From Acidobacteriota bacterium (GTDB taxonomy: Bacteria; Acidobacteriota; UBA4820; DSQY01): a DNA stretch of 64,000 nucleotides. The first letter of the stretch is position 1. Each line of letters starts with the position of its first letter. Positions 8,514 through 18,016 of the stretch are shown here, in pieces. Location of the stretch: assembly GCA_049967655.1 (NCBI GenBank), contig JBMFSH010000008.1:1-64000 (forward strand). The letters run 5' to 3'. The position numbers were made by a program, and so were the translations under genes. The notes under the pieces are model-generated. The model was not told the DNA's origin. It searched no databases and saw only the letters and a program-made list of their open reading frames with translations.

Positions 8514-8551
8514 TGCGGCAGAGGCGTGCGACAGTGTTGCAATCTGCGACG
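8514..8551. promoter_or_regulatory. Putative upstream activator (enhancer) sites for the sigma54 activator
   Basis: Imperfect inverted repeats TGCGGCA-N6-TGCGACA and TGTTGCA-N3-TGCGACG about 130-170 bp from the -24 box. Confidence 0.45.
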
Positions 8552-8624
8552 CCGGTGCCCTAGCCTTTCATCTACGGGCCAGAAAGGGGCCGCCGGCGCG
8601 GCCCCGGGTCCCGAGGACCGGAAC

Positions 8625-9980
8625 ATGGACCAGAAAAGGCTGGATTCCCGTTACTTCCCTCTCGTATTGGACGTGGTGGACCAGGGCATCTTCACGGTAG
8701 ATCCCTCGGGACTGGTCACCTCCTTCAACAAGGCCGCCGAACAGATCACGGGGTTTAGCGAGGAGGAGGTCCTGGGGCACCGTTGCGACTCCGTCTTCCG
8801 GACCAACCTGTGCAAGACCGTCTGCCCCCTGCGCCGGAGCATCGCCACGGGGGAGAGGGCCCAGAACAGCCGGGTGCGCATCCACCGCAAGGATGGACAG
8901 ACCGTGCTGGTGGCCCTCAGCACCGCGCCGCTCAAAACCGGCGAGGGGCAGCTCTTGGGCGGGGTCGAGGTGTTCAGAGACATCTCCCACGTGGAGGCGC
9001 TCAAGCGCAAACTGGATGGTCAGTACCAATTCGAGGACATCGTCAGCCGGAACCCCGCCATGAACCGGATCTTCCAGATCCTGCCAGCGGTCTCCGAGAG
9101 CACCAGCACCATCCTCATCACCGGCGCGAGCGGAACGGGCAAGGAGCTCGTCGCCAAGGCCATCCACAACCACGGGGCCAGGCGCCGCAGGCCATTCGTG
9201 GCGCTCAACTGCGCGGCCCTGCCTGAGACCCTGCTGGAATCCGAGCTCTTCGGCTATCGACGGGGCGCCTTCACGGACGCCAAGCGCGACAAGGCGGGCC
9301 GCATCGCCCAGGCGGAGGGCGGCACGCTGTTCCTGGACGAGGTGGGCGACCTGCCCAAGAGCCTCCAGGTCAAGCTGCTGCGCTTTCTCCAGGAGAAGAG
9401 CTACGAGCCCCTCGGCTCGAACCTCACCCTCAAGGCCGACGTGCGGGTCATCACGGCTACCCACAGGGACCTGGAGGCCATGGTTCGCGAGGGAAGTTTC
9501 CGGGAGGATCTCTTCTTTCGCCTCAACATCCTTCAGATCGCCCTGCCCCCCCTTTCCAAACGCCCCGAGGACATCCCGCTCCTGGTTCGCCACTTCATCC
9601 AGCGGTTCCGCGACGCCACGGGCAAGCCCATCCTGGACGTGACTCCCGAAGCCCTCTCCGCCCTGCTCCGCTACGACTACCCCGGCAACATCCGCGAGCT
9701 GGAGAACCTCATCGAGAGGGCCTTCATTCTCTGCAACGAGTCGGAGATCCAAATCGAGTGCCTGCCGCCGCACGTGGCGGAGTGCGCGGGGCTCCCCGCC
9801 AAGCCGGCCGAGGTGGAGGGCCAGGGCCTCCAGCGCCTGGAGGCGGAGGCCATCCGCGCCGCCCTCGCCAGCCACTCCAACAACCGGAGCCGCGCGGCGA
9901 AGGAACTGGGGATCCACCGCTCCACGCTATTGAGGAAGATGCGCCGCCATGGTCTCCTGTCAGCGGACGGCCGCCCATGA
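8625..9980 (+). CDS. PAS-domain sigma54-dependent transcriptional activator (NtrC/Fis family)
   Basis: PAS, Walker [45 protein letters not shown]-terminal Fis HTH. Confidence 0.93.
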   Translation: MDQKRLDSRYFPLVLDVVDQGIFTVDPSGLVTSFNKAAEQITGFSEEEVLGHRCDSVFRTNLCKTVCPLRRSIATGERAQNSRVRIHRKDGQTVLVALSTAPLKTGEGQLLGGVEVFRDISHVEALKRKLDGQYQFEDIVSRNPAMNRIFQILPAVSESTSTILITGASGTGKELVAKAIHNHGARRRRPFVALNCAALPETLLESELFGYRRGAFTDAKRDKAGRIAQAEGGTLFLDEVGDLPKSLQVKLLRFLQEKSYEPLGSNLTLKADVRVITATHRDLEAMVREGSFREDLFFRLNILQIALPPLSKRPEDIPLLVRHFIQRFRDATGKPILDVTPEALSALLRYDYPGNIRELENLIERAFILCNESEIQIECLPPHVAECAGLPAKPAEVEGQGLQRLEAEAIRAALASHSNNRSRAAKELGIHRSTLLRKMRRHGLLSADGRP

Positions 9981-11374
9981 CAGCGGATCGAGCGCCTCGC
10001 ATGGTGGTGGCCGGACTGGGGGGCGACTCGGGCAAAACCCTCCTCTCGCTCGGTCTCCTCCTCTCCTTCCGGCGGGCCGGGCGTGAGGTGGCGGCCTTCA
10101 AGAAGGGGCCCGATTACATCGACGCGGCCTGGCTCTCCTGGGCCTCGGGCCGACCGGCCCGAAATCTGGACAGCTACCTCATGGGATTCGACGTTGCCGC
10201 CGGTTCCTTCTGCCGCCACGCCAGCCGCGCAGGCCTCAACGTGATCGAGGGGAACCGGGGGCTCTACGACGGGGTCGATTCGGCCGGAACGCACAGCACG
10301 GCGGAGCTGGCCAAGGCCATACAAGCCCCCGTGATCCTGGTCGTCAACGCGACCAAGGTTACGCGCACCGCGGCGGCTTACGTGCTGGGCTGCCAGGCCA
10401 TGGACCCCGCCGTCCGCCTCGCCGGCGTCGTGCTGAATCAGGTGGCTGGTAAACGCCACGAGGCGGTCCTGCGCCAGGCCATCGAGGAGACCTGCGGAGT
10501 CTCCGTCCTGGGCCTGCTGCCCCGAGCACCGGGGGAGGCCGTCCTCCCCGGGCGGCACCTGGGACTCGTGACCCCCAGCGAGCATCCCCGCATCGCCGAA
10601 TTGGAGAGCAACCTGCTGAGGCTCCTGGAAGGCCACCTCGACCTGGACCGGCTCGCGGCCATCGCTGCGGCCGCCCCGCCCCTGCCCGTTCCGGCCCCCT
10701 CCGGCCGCCATCCCGCCGGGTCGGCCGCGGTGAAGATCGGCTACGTTCACGATTCAGCCTTCACCTTCTACTACCCCGAGAACCTCGAATCTCTCGAACG
10801 GGGCGGCGCCCAGTTGGTCCCCCTCTCGGCCCTGCGCGACCAGGCCCTTCCTCCGGGGCTCCAGGCCCTCTACATCGGTGGAGGCTTCCCTGAGACGCAC
10901 GGCGCCGCCCTGGGCGAGAACACCGGCTTCCTCGCTTCCGTTCGGCAGGCCGCCGAGAGGGGATTGCCCATCTACGCGGAGTGCGGAGGGCTCATGTTCC
11001 TGTCCCAGGCCCTCCGCTGGCAAGGCCGGCGCTACCCGATGGCGGGGGTGCTTCCCTTCGAGGTGGAGGTGACGGCGAGGCCGCAGGGGCACGGTTACGC
11101 CGAACTGGAGGTGGACCGGGACAACCCGTTCTTTGCCCCGGGGACGCGCCTGAAAGGTCATGAATTCCACTATTCGAGGATCCTCGCGCCCGGAGCCCCC
11201 CCTCCCACGGCTTGCTGCGTCAAGCGGGGAACGGGCGCCCTTCCCGGTCGTGACGGCGTGGTGGTGGGCCGCGTATGGGCCAGCTACACCCACCTGCACG
11301 CCCTGGCCACGCCGGAGTGGACCAATTCGTTACTCTCTATCGCCGGTGATTTCGCCCGCCACTGTAACAGCTAA
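9977..11374 (+). CDS. cbiA: Cobyrinate a,c-diamide synthase family amidase (CbiA/CobB; in this context possibly DsrN siroheme amidase)
   Basis: GDSGKT, FKKGPDYID, IEGNRGLYDG, AFTFYYPEN, GGGFPE, YAECGGLM, GHEFHYS; ATGA overlap with the activator gene. Confidence 0.88.
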   Translation: MTADRAPRMVVAGLGGDSGKTLLSLGLLLSFRRAGREVAAFKKGPDYIDAAWLSWASGRPARNLDSYLMGFDVAAGSFCRHASRAGLNVIEGNRGLYDGVDSAGTHSTAELAKAIQAPVILVVNATKVTRTAAAYVLGCQAMDPAVRLAGVVLNQVAGKRHEAVLRQAIEETCGVSVLGLLPRAPGEAVLPGRHLGLVTPSEHPRIAELESNLLRLLEGHLDLDRLAAIAAAAPPLPVPAPSGRHPAGSAAVKIGYVHDSAFTFYYPENLESLERGGAQLVPLSALRDQALPPGLQALYIGGGFPETHGAALGENTGFLASVRQAAERGLPIYAECGGLMFLSQALRWQGRRYPMAGVLPFEVEVTARPQGHGYAELEVDRDNPFFAPGTRLKGHEFHYSRILAPGAPPPTACCVKRGTGALPGRDGVVVGRVWASYTHLHALATPEWTNSLLSIAGDFARHCNS

Positions 11375-11614
11375 TTTATCAGCGGTTAGAGAGAGGCGGG
11401 AAAGTGACGCGTGCCATTTGACACATTTCGCCCCCTTCATGCCCGCGTTGGGTAACTACCCGACGACGGGAACCCTATGATTGGAGACGGAGAACGGCTG
11501 TAGGGCCCTGAGGGCCGCGTCAGGCCCTGGCGGAGGGGGGCTCCGCATCATGCCGCCTGTGGCGGCGATCGTTCGCAAAGGACCGGCCGAGGCCAACTAT
11601 CGAGGAGGTTGTCG

Positions 11615-12886
11615 ATGAGCAAACTGGTACCCCCACACGGCAGTAAAGAACTCAAGTGCCTTCTGCTCGAAGGGAAGGCCAAGGAAGACGAGATCAAGAA
11701 GGCCCAGGGCCTGAAGAGGGTTCCCATCACCAGCCGCGAGACCGGCGACCTGATCATGATGGGTATCGGCGGCTTCACGCCCCTCGATGGATTCATGGGC
11801 CAGGCCGACTGGAAGGGCGTCTGCGACGAGTACAAGATGCCCAGCAAGAACGGCCTCTTCTGGCCCATTCCGATCACGCTGTCGGCCACCAAGGAGCTCG
11901 CCGACTCCATCAAGGCCAACGAGGAAGTGGCTCTCTGGGACACGGAGACGGACACGCTCATGGCCACCATGAAGGTGACCGAGAAATACACCATCGATAA
12001 GGCCTACGAGTGTCAGAAGGTCTTCAAGACCACGGATATGGCGCACCCCGGCGTGAAGATGGTCATGGAGCAGGCCGACGTGAACCTGGCCGGCCCCGTC
12101 AAGGTGCTCTCCGAGTCCTACTTCCCCGAGCAGTTCAAGGGCCTCTATCAGCGTCCCGCCGAAGCTCGCAAGATGTTCGAGGAGCGCGGCTGGAGTACGG
12201 TGGCCGCTCTGCAGCTGCGCAATCCCATGCACAATTCCCACGCCTACCTGGCCTGGATCGCCATCGAGGTCTGCGACGGCGTCTACATCCACCAGCTCGT
12301 GGGCAAGCTCAAGCCCGGCGACATCCCGGCCGACGTCCGCGTGAAAGCCATCGACGCCCTGGTCAACAAGTACTTCCGCAAGGAGCGCGTGGCCATGGCC
12401 GGCTATCCCCTCGACATGCGGTACGCGGGACCGCGCGAAGCGTTGCTCCACGCCGTGTTCCGGCAGAACTACGGCTGCTCGCACCTCATCGTGGGACGCG
12501 ACCACGCCGGCGTGGGCGACTACTACGGCCCCTTCGACGCTCAGAAGATCTTCCTTGAGATCCCGCCCGACGCCCTCCAGCTCAAGCCCCTCTGCATGGA
12601 CTGGACCTTCTACTGCTACGAGTGTGGCACCATGGCCTCCATGAAAACCTGCCCGCACGAGAGCAAAGCCGTCATCGACGAACAGGGCAACTACAAGGGA
12701 GGCGCCAGGCTGCTGCTTTCCGGTACCCTCCTCCGCAAGCTCATGAGCGAGGGCAAGCCCGTGCCGAAGGAGTTCTCCAAGCCCGAGGTCATCGCCGTTC
12801 TGAAGGAGTACTACGACCACCTCGAAGAGAAGGTGGAAGTGAAGCTTCACGGTGCGGCCACGGGAGACGCCAACAAGAAACGCTGA
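11615..12886 (+). CDS. sat: Sulfate adenylyltransferase (ATP sulfurylase, homo-oligomeric Sat type)
   Basis: MSKLVPPHG start, [29 protein letters not shown], zinc knuckle CYEC...CPH; GAGGAGG RBS. Confidence 0.95.
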   Translation: MSKLVPPHGSKELKCLLLEGKAKEDEIKKAQGLKRVPITSRETGDLIMMGIGGFTPLDGFMGQADWKGVCDEYKMPSKNGLFWPIPITLSATKELADSIKANEEVALWDTETDTLMATMKVTEKYTIDKAYECQKVFKTTDMAHPGVKMVMEQADVNLAGPVKVLSESYFPEQFKGLYQRPAEARKMFEERGWSTVAALQLRNPMHNSHAYLAWIAIEVCDGVYIHQLVGKLKPGDIPADVRVKAIDALVNKYFRKERVAMAGYPLDMRYAGPREALLHAVFRQNYGCSHLIVGRDHAGVGDYYGPFDAQKIFLEIPPDALQLKPLCMDWTFYCYECGTMASMKTCPHESKAVIDEQGNYKGGARLLLSGTLLRKLMSEGKPVPKEFSKPEVIAVLKEYYDHLEEKVEVKLHGAATGDANKKR

Positions 12887-12913
12887 ACGAGTCGAGGTCA
12901 TTACGGGGGGATC

Positions 12914-12944
12914 GCCGGGGCCTTCGGGCCCCGGCCTTCTTTTT
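12914..12944 (+). terminator. Rho-independent terminator after sat
   Basis: GCCGGGGCC-TTCG-GGCCCCGGC followed by a T-rich tract. Confidence 0.85.
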
Positions 12945-12976
12945 GGTGGAGGGTGGAGGCTGGAGGCGGAACCCGC

Positions 12977-13807
12977 TCAATCACCGCCCAAGTGGCGCAA
13001 TTCGGCGAGGGGCACGGCTTCGATCACCGCTCCCGCCTGGACCCGGCCCAACCGGTCGAGGGCGCGCTGCAGCTCCTCGTCCACCGCCCCCTCTTCCGGA
13101 GTGGCCTTCGCCGCCCTGGCCCCCAGCTCCGCAGCCGCGCGAGCGACCACGGGATCCAAAGGTAGGGGCCGCGTCACCACGAGCCCCACCAGCTTGAAAT
13201 CCCGGGTTCTGAAGAGCGGTCCTCCTCCGTAGCCGGCGGTGAAGGCGCCGCTCAGCACCAGCCTAGTGTCCAGCCCTCCTCCCTTCGTCACCACCCGCAG
13301 TCCCGCCACCACTCCCGACGAGAGCAGGGGCTCCGGCGGCTGTACGCCCTCCGGGAACCCCCAGGCGTAGACGGCCTCACCGGGGCTCACCGTCTCCGTT
13401 CCGCTCAAGTCCATTCCCCCCTTGAGCTTCTCGCGGAGATAGAGCTGGGCCACGCCCATGGCGGGGTCCACCTGCATTCCCCGGATGGGGACGGGCGCTC
13501 CCAGGTAGGAGGTCACCCGAATGTCGCCCGGCCTCGTTCCCGCGACGACCGAGGCGTCCGTCAGGATGGGTCCCTCCTGGCTCAGTACCCCCGTGGCCTG
13601 CCTCCCGGTGGCCAGGTTGGTCACGAGGTAGAGGGCGCGGATCACCTCCCGGTCGGTCTCTCCCACGCTCTTCAGGAGGAGCTGGGTGCTGGGGTTTTCC
13701 GGCGGCTTCTTGAGAGGGCCGACCCATCGGCGCCTCAGCCAGATCCCTCCCCACACGAACCCTACCAGCAAGGCCACTACCAGCAGCCACTTGAGCGCGT
13801 CCCGCAT
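12977..13807 (-). CDS. Membrane-anchored trypsin-like (S1) peptidase-fold protein with degenerate catalytic triad
   Basis: N-terminal TM; ATG..ILTDASVV, GEAVYAWGFP, AGYGGGPLF..LVGLV match the trypsin_2 scaffold. Confidence 0.7.
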   Translation of the reverse strand: MRDALKWLLVVALLVGFVWGGIWLRRRWVGPLKKPPENPSTQLLLKSVGETDREVIRALYLVTNLATGRQATGVLSQEGPILTDASVVAGTRPGDIRVTSYLGAPVPIRGMQVDPAMGVAQLYLREKLKGGMDLSGTETVSPGEAVYAWGFPEGVQPPEPLLSSGVVAGLRVVTKGGGLDTRLVLSGAFTAGYGGGPLFRTRDFKLVGLVVTRPLPLDPVVARAAAELGARAAKATPEEGAVDEELQRALDRLGRVQAGAVIEAVPLAELRHLGGD

Positions 13808-13917
13808 GCCGTGCCTCCATCGCCTGCGCCCCGCCGGGAGGGGCCGGACCCTGGCTCTTATTCTACGCCTTCGTGGCGGGCGTCCGGCGCGGTGAGGTGC
13901 CGATCGGGCGGGGAACG

Positions 13918-13946
13918 TTGCGAGGCCCCCTCGCCCTGGTTAGAAT
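13918..13946 (+). promoter_or_regulatory. Putative sigma70 promoter of yajQ
   Basis: TTGCGA-N17-TAGAAT. Confidence 0.55.
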
Positions 13947-13973
13947 GCAGCCATCGCGAGGGAGGCGAGTCCC

Positions 13974-14477
13974 ATGGCCAAAATCGAATCGTTCGACGTG
14001 ACCACCGGCGTGGACCTGATGGAGGTCGAGAACGCCGTCAATCAGGCGCTCAAGGAGATCAGCCAGCGCTACGATTTCAAGGGGGCCAAGACCCTGTTGG
14101 AGCTCCGCAAGGCCGACCACCTGCTGGTTCTGGAGGCGCCGGACGACATGAAGCTCAAGGCCATGTGGGAGATCCTCCTGGGCAAGCTGGTGCGCCGGAA
14201 GGTCCCCACCAAGAACTGCCAGCTGGAGCCCATCCAGAAGGCCGGAGGCGATCGCGTCCGGCAGGAGATCAAGCTGGTCTCGGGGCTCGACATCGAGATC
14301 TGCCGCCGGATCGTCAAGTCCATCAAGGAGGCGAAGTTCAAGAAGGCCCAGGCCGCCATCGAGGGTGAGAAGGTCCGGATTTCAGGGCCGTCCCGCGACG
14401 AGCTTCAGGAGGTCATCGCCCACCTGAAGCAGCAGGACTTCGGCGTGGAACTCCAGTTCGGGAACTACCGCTCGTAG
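13974..14477 (+). CDS. yajQ: YajQ family nucleotide/c-di-GMP-binding protein
   Basis: SFDV..DLMEVENAVNQALKEISQRYDFKG, KVRISGPSRDELQ, LQFGNYR. Confidence 0.93.
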   Translation: MAKIESFDVTTGVDLMEVENAVNQALKEISQRYDFKGAKTLLELRKADHLLVLEAPDDMKLKAMWEILLGKLVRRKVPTKNCQLEPIQKAGGDRVRQEIKLVSGLDIEICRRIVKSIKEAKFKKAQAAIEGEKVRISGPSRDELQEVIAHLKQQDFGVELQFGNYRS

Positions 14478-14554
14478 CGCCGAGTGAGGACCGCGATTCC
14501 AGGGTTGACCGGCGCTCCGGCGCGGGGTTTACTGTCCCGCTGAAGGGAGGCCTC

Positions 14555-15247
14555 TTGGACCAGGAGCTGACCCGGCGGGAGCGCGCCGCCGCCCGCCTGA
14601 ACACCCGCCGGCAGGAGATCCGAGAAGAGATCGCCAACGCTCTCAGCCACGGTATAGGGCTGGGACTGGCTCTGGTGGGGCTCGCCCTGCTGGTGGCCCT
14701 CGTCAGCCGGGGCGGCGGGCCTTGGCGCGTGGTAACGGCGGTCCTCTACGGCATCACCCTCGTGGTCCTCTACCTCGCCTCCACCCTCTACCACGGCATC
14801 CAGAAGCCGAGGGCCAAGCGCATCCTTCGGGTGGCGGACCACGTGACCATCTTCTTTCTCATCGCCGGCACCTACACCCCCTTCACGCTGGTGAGCCTAC
14901 GAGGGGCCTGGGGCTGGGGCATCTTCGCCGCCATTTGGATCCTGGCGCTCGCCGGGACGCTGATGAAGTTGTTTTGGTTCGATCGGATGCACCTCGTGGG
15001 CCCCTTCCTCTACCTGGCCATGGGCTGGCTAATTGTGATCAGCCTCACTCCCCTTCGGGAGGCCGTGCCCGACTGGGGGCTGGTTCTCCTCGGGGCCGGC
15101 GGGTTCTTCTACACGGGCGGACTCCTCTTCTTCGCCCTGGACAAGCGCTACCGGTACTTCCATCTCATCTGGCACCTCTTCGTGCTGGCCGGGAGTATCT
15201 GCCACTACTTCGCCATCCTCGTCGCCATCCTGCCTCCGAGAGCCTGA
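14555..15247 (+). CDS. Hemolysin III / PAQR (TrhA-like) membrane protein
   Basis: EEIANALSHG, STLYH, DHVTIFFLIAGTYTPF, YLAMGW, HLIWHLFV; TTG start with GGGAGG RBS. Confidence 0.9.
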   Translation: MDQELTRRERAAARLNTRRQEIREEIANALSHGIGLGLALVGLALLVALVSRGGGPWRVVTAVLYGITLVVLYLASTLYHGIQKPRAKRILRVADHVTIFFLIAGTYTPFTLVSLRGAWGWGIFAAIWILALAGTLMKLFWFDRMHLVGPFLYLAMGWLIVISLTPLREAVPDWGLVLLGAGGFFYTGGLLFFALDKRYRYFHLIWHLFVLAGSICHYFAILVAILPPRA

Positions 15248-15255
15248 CCCTGTCG

Positions 15256-16266
15256 CTAACGCACCCGGACCACCATCTTCCCGGTATTCTCTCCGGAAAA
15301 GAGCCCTAGAAAGGCCTTCGGCGCATTTTCGAAGCCCTCCACCACCGTCTCTCGGACTTTGAGCCGCCCCTCCTGCACCCAGTCCACCAGACGCCGCCGG
15401 GCCTCGGGGAAGCGCTCCTTGAAGTCAAAGACGATGAAGCCCTCGGCACGGGCCCGCCGGACCAAGAGCGTGGCGAAGGGGCGGGTGCCCCGGGGGGGGT
15501 TCTTGGCGTTGTACTGGGCGATCTGGCCGCAGATCACCACCCGGGCCCGCAGGTTGATCAGGCCAAGAACCGCGTCGCTCACGGCTCCCCCCACGTTGTC
15601 GAAATAGACGTCTACGCCCGAGGGGCACAGGGGGGCGAGGGCCTCCCGCAGATCCTCGTGGGCCTTGTAGTTGAGGGCCGCATCGAAGCCGAGCTCCTCC
15701 GTGAGCCATCGTACCTTCTCTTCGCCACCCGCCACCCCGACGGCCCGGCAGCCCATCAGGCGGGCGATCTGGCCCACGAGCGAGCCCACGGCCCCCGCGG
15801 CGCCCGAGACGAGCACCGTCTCGCCCGGCCTGGGCCGCCCCACGTCGAGAAGGCCGAAGTAGGCGGTGAGCCCCGGCATGCCCAGGGCGCCGAGGGCGAG
15901 GGAGGCCCGCTCAGCCGGCAACGCCACCTTCTGCAGGAGCGCCCCGGCGAGCACCCCGGCGGTGGACCAGCCGAGCGGCGCCAGAACGAGATCGCCTTCG
16001 GCGAAGCCGGGGTGCCGCGACGCCACCACGCGCGCCACCGTTTCGCCTCCGACCACGTCGCCGGGTTGATAGGGCGCCACGTAGCTCTTGACGGGGCTCA
16101 TGCGCCCGCGCATGTAGGGATCCACCGAAAGGTAGAGGGTCTCGAGCAGTACCTCCCCCTCCGTGGGCTCCGGAACCGGCCGGCTCTCCCTTCGGAAGGT
16201 CGCGTCGTTGGGCATCCCTTCGGGATAGCCCGTCAGAATCCAGCATTCGCTTTGACGGGTGGGCAT
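15256..16266 (-). CDS. NADP-dependent oxidoreductase (CurA/prostaglandin reductase MDR family)
   Basis: YLSVDPYMRGRM, GMPGLTAYFGL, SGAAGAVGS, DVYFDNVGG, GENTGK. Confidence 0.92.
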   Translation of the reverse strand: MPTRQSECWILTGYPEGMPNDATFRRESRPVPEPTEGEVLLETLYLSVDPYMRGRMSPVKSYVAPYQPGDVVGGETVARVVASRHPGFAEGDLVLAPLGWSTAGVLAGALLQKVALPAERASLALGALGMPGLTAYFGLLDVGRPRPGETVLVSGAAGAVGSLVGQIARLMGCRAVGVAGGEEKVRWLTEELGFDAALNYKAHEDLREALAPLCPSGVDVYFDNVGGAVSDAVLGLINLRARVVICGQIAQYNAKNPPRGTRPFATLLVRRARAEGFIVFDFKERFPEARRRLVDWVQEGRLKVRETVVEGFENAPKAFLGLFSGENTGKMVVRVR

Positions 16267-16288
16267 GGCAGACTCCTAGGGGTTCGGT

Positions 16289-16765
16289 TCAACGCCTTTC
16301 GTAGCGCAGGAAGGTGTAGGGCGGAGGCCCCGGGCGATCCACCCGAGAGGTTTCTCGGAAGAGCTCAACGGGCACCTCGGGGAAGAAGGCATCTCCGGGG
16401 AAGGCGGCGTGGACCACGGTGAGGTAGATTCGTTGGGCCACGGGTAGGGTCTGGGCGTAGATCTCGCCGCCTCCGCACACGAAGAGCTCCTCCTGAGAGT
16501 GTTCAAAGAGGGCGAGGGCCGAGGTCAGGTCCGGAACGACCTCGGCGCCGCGGACTTCGTAGCCCCGCTGCCGCGTCAGTACCACGGTCCGCCTCCCCGG
16601 CAACGGCACGTTGACCGTCTCCCAGGTCTTGCGCCCGAGCAGGACGGGGTGGCCCCAGGTCGTGCGCTTGAAGAAGTCCAGGTCTTCGGGGAGGTGCCAC
16701 GGCACGCGGCCGCCCCTCCCGATCACCCGGTTTTCCCCCATGGCGGCGATGAGCGAGAGGATCAT
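16289..16765 (-). CDS. folA: Dihydrofolate reductase
   Basis: LIAAMGENRVIG..PWHLPEDL..FK, GRKTW, LPGRR, GGGEIY, GDAFFP; GGAGGAG RBS. Confidence 0.93.
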   Translation of the reverse strand: MILSLIAAMGENRVIGRGGRVPWHLPEDLDFFKRTTWGHPVLLGRKTWETVNVPLPGRRTVVLTRQRGYEVRGAEVVPDLTSALALFEHSQEELFVCGGGEIYAQTLPVAQRIYLTVVHAAFPGDAFFPEVPVELFRETSRVDRPGPPPYTFLRYERR

Positions 16766-16850
16766 CGGGGCTCCTCCTCCGGTCCCGCGCAACGGCTGGC
16801 GCCAGTTTCCTATCTCCGGGTTCCCTTGGGAACGGCTCCCGGGCCGAGCT

Positions 16851-17190
16851 CTAGAGCAGACGGGCCACCACGAGGGTGATGTCGTCGGCCTGCGGCGCGC
16901 TCCTCGAGAAGCGGGCCACCTCCTCCAGCACGCGGTCCCGGCATCGAAACCAGGAGCTCCTGGAGCCGCTCCTCCTCGAAGAACTCCCCGGCCTCGTTCA
17001 TGGCCTCCGTCACGCCGTCCGAGAAGAGGACCAACACGTCCCCCTGCCGCAGCGCGAGCTGACGCTGGCCGTAGCCCTGCTCCGGGAAGACTCCCACGAT
17101 GGTGCCCGTGGCCGGGAGCCGCAGTACCTCGGCCGCGCCGACGGTCCGCCGCAGGAGCATGGGCGGGGTGTGGCCCGCGATAGCGAAATC
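16851..17190 (-). pseudogene. Remnant of a SpoIIE/RsbU-type PP2C phosphatase (N-terminus missing, frameshifted)
   Basis: One frame gives AGHTPPML..GDVLVLFSDGVTEAMN..; after a frame change near 16941 the sequence reads RDRVLEEVARFSRSAPQADDITLVVARLL-stop. Confidence 0.7.
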
Positions 17191-17290
17191 CCGCAGTCCC
17201 ACGGTAGGCCTGCCCGCGCGCCTTCGTCAAGCCGGCGATGTCCGCCAGTCCAAGTGCCGGCGCCAGAAGCGACGGCCCGGGAGCGGCTTT

Positions 17291-17884
17291 TTAGCGGCCG
17301 GTCGCCGGGATGAGAAGCCGCTCCTCCCGCGGTTCCAGGAAGCGCCACCGGCCCGAAGGGACATCCAGTTCCACGGGACCGTAGGCGACCCTCTTGAGGT
17401 CCAGCACCTTGAGCGGCGTGCCGTGACGCTCGTCGCGCAGGGCGCCGAAGAGCCGGCGGACGTGGCGGTTGCGGCCCTCGTCCAGAACTACCCTCAGGCG
17501 GGTCCGAGGGCCCCGGTAGCCAAGGATCTCGGCAGAGGAGCAGCGCAGGAGCCCGACGGGCGTGCCGACCCCCTGAAGCAGGAGGGGCAGCTGACCCTCC
17601 TGGAGGTGGCCGCGCACCTCCACCTCATAGCTTCGCTCCAGCCCGCCGGGCCTCGTGAGCAGTTCCACGAGCCGACCCTCCCGCACGAAGAGCAGCAGGC
17701 CGCGCGAATCCCGGTCGAGGCGGCCCACGGGGACCCACCCTTCGCCGCGGAGCCAGGCCGGCAGCAGATCGTAAACGGTCTTCCGGCCGAGCTCGTCGCT
17801 GCCCGTCACCACGACGCCCTTCGGTTTGTGGAAGAGGAGGAGGCGCGGCCAGGCGCCTTCCGCCGAGGCTTCGACCTTGCTCAC
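17291..17884 (-). CDS. RsuA/RluB/E/F-family pseudouridine synthase (no S4 domain)
   Basis: FHKPKGVV, VGRLDRDSRGLLL, EGRNRHVRR, LKRVAYG. Confidence 0.88.
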   Translation of the reverse strand: MSKVEASAEGAWPRLLLFHKPKGVVVTGSDELGRKTVYDLLPAWLRGEGWVPVGRLDRDSRGLLLFVREGRLVELLTRPGGLERSYEVEVRGHLQEGQLPLLLQGVGTPVGLLRCSSAEILGYRGPRTRLRVVLDEGRNRHVRRLFGALRDERHGTPLKVLDLKRVAYGPVELDVPSGRWRFLEPREERLLIPATGR

Positions 17885-18016
17885 GGGCCCTTCACCAAGG
17901 CGAGGATCCGGGCGAAGGCCGGTTCTTCCAAAGGACCCCCTGGCGCAGGAGGACGGGATCCACTCCTCGGCCCCACGGGGAGCAGCAGAAGCAGAGGCAC
18001 GCGCATGGTTTTTGCG

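Noticed and set aside
16289..17230. 313-aa ORF suggesting an N-terminally extended DHFR
   Set aside because: The extension is an off-frame read through the PP2C remnant; folA has its own GGAGGAG RBS and ATG at 16765
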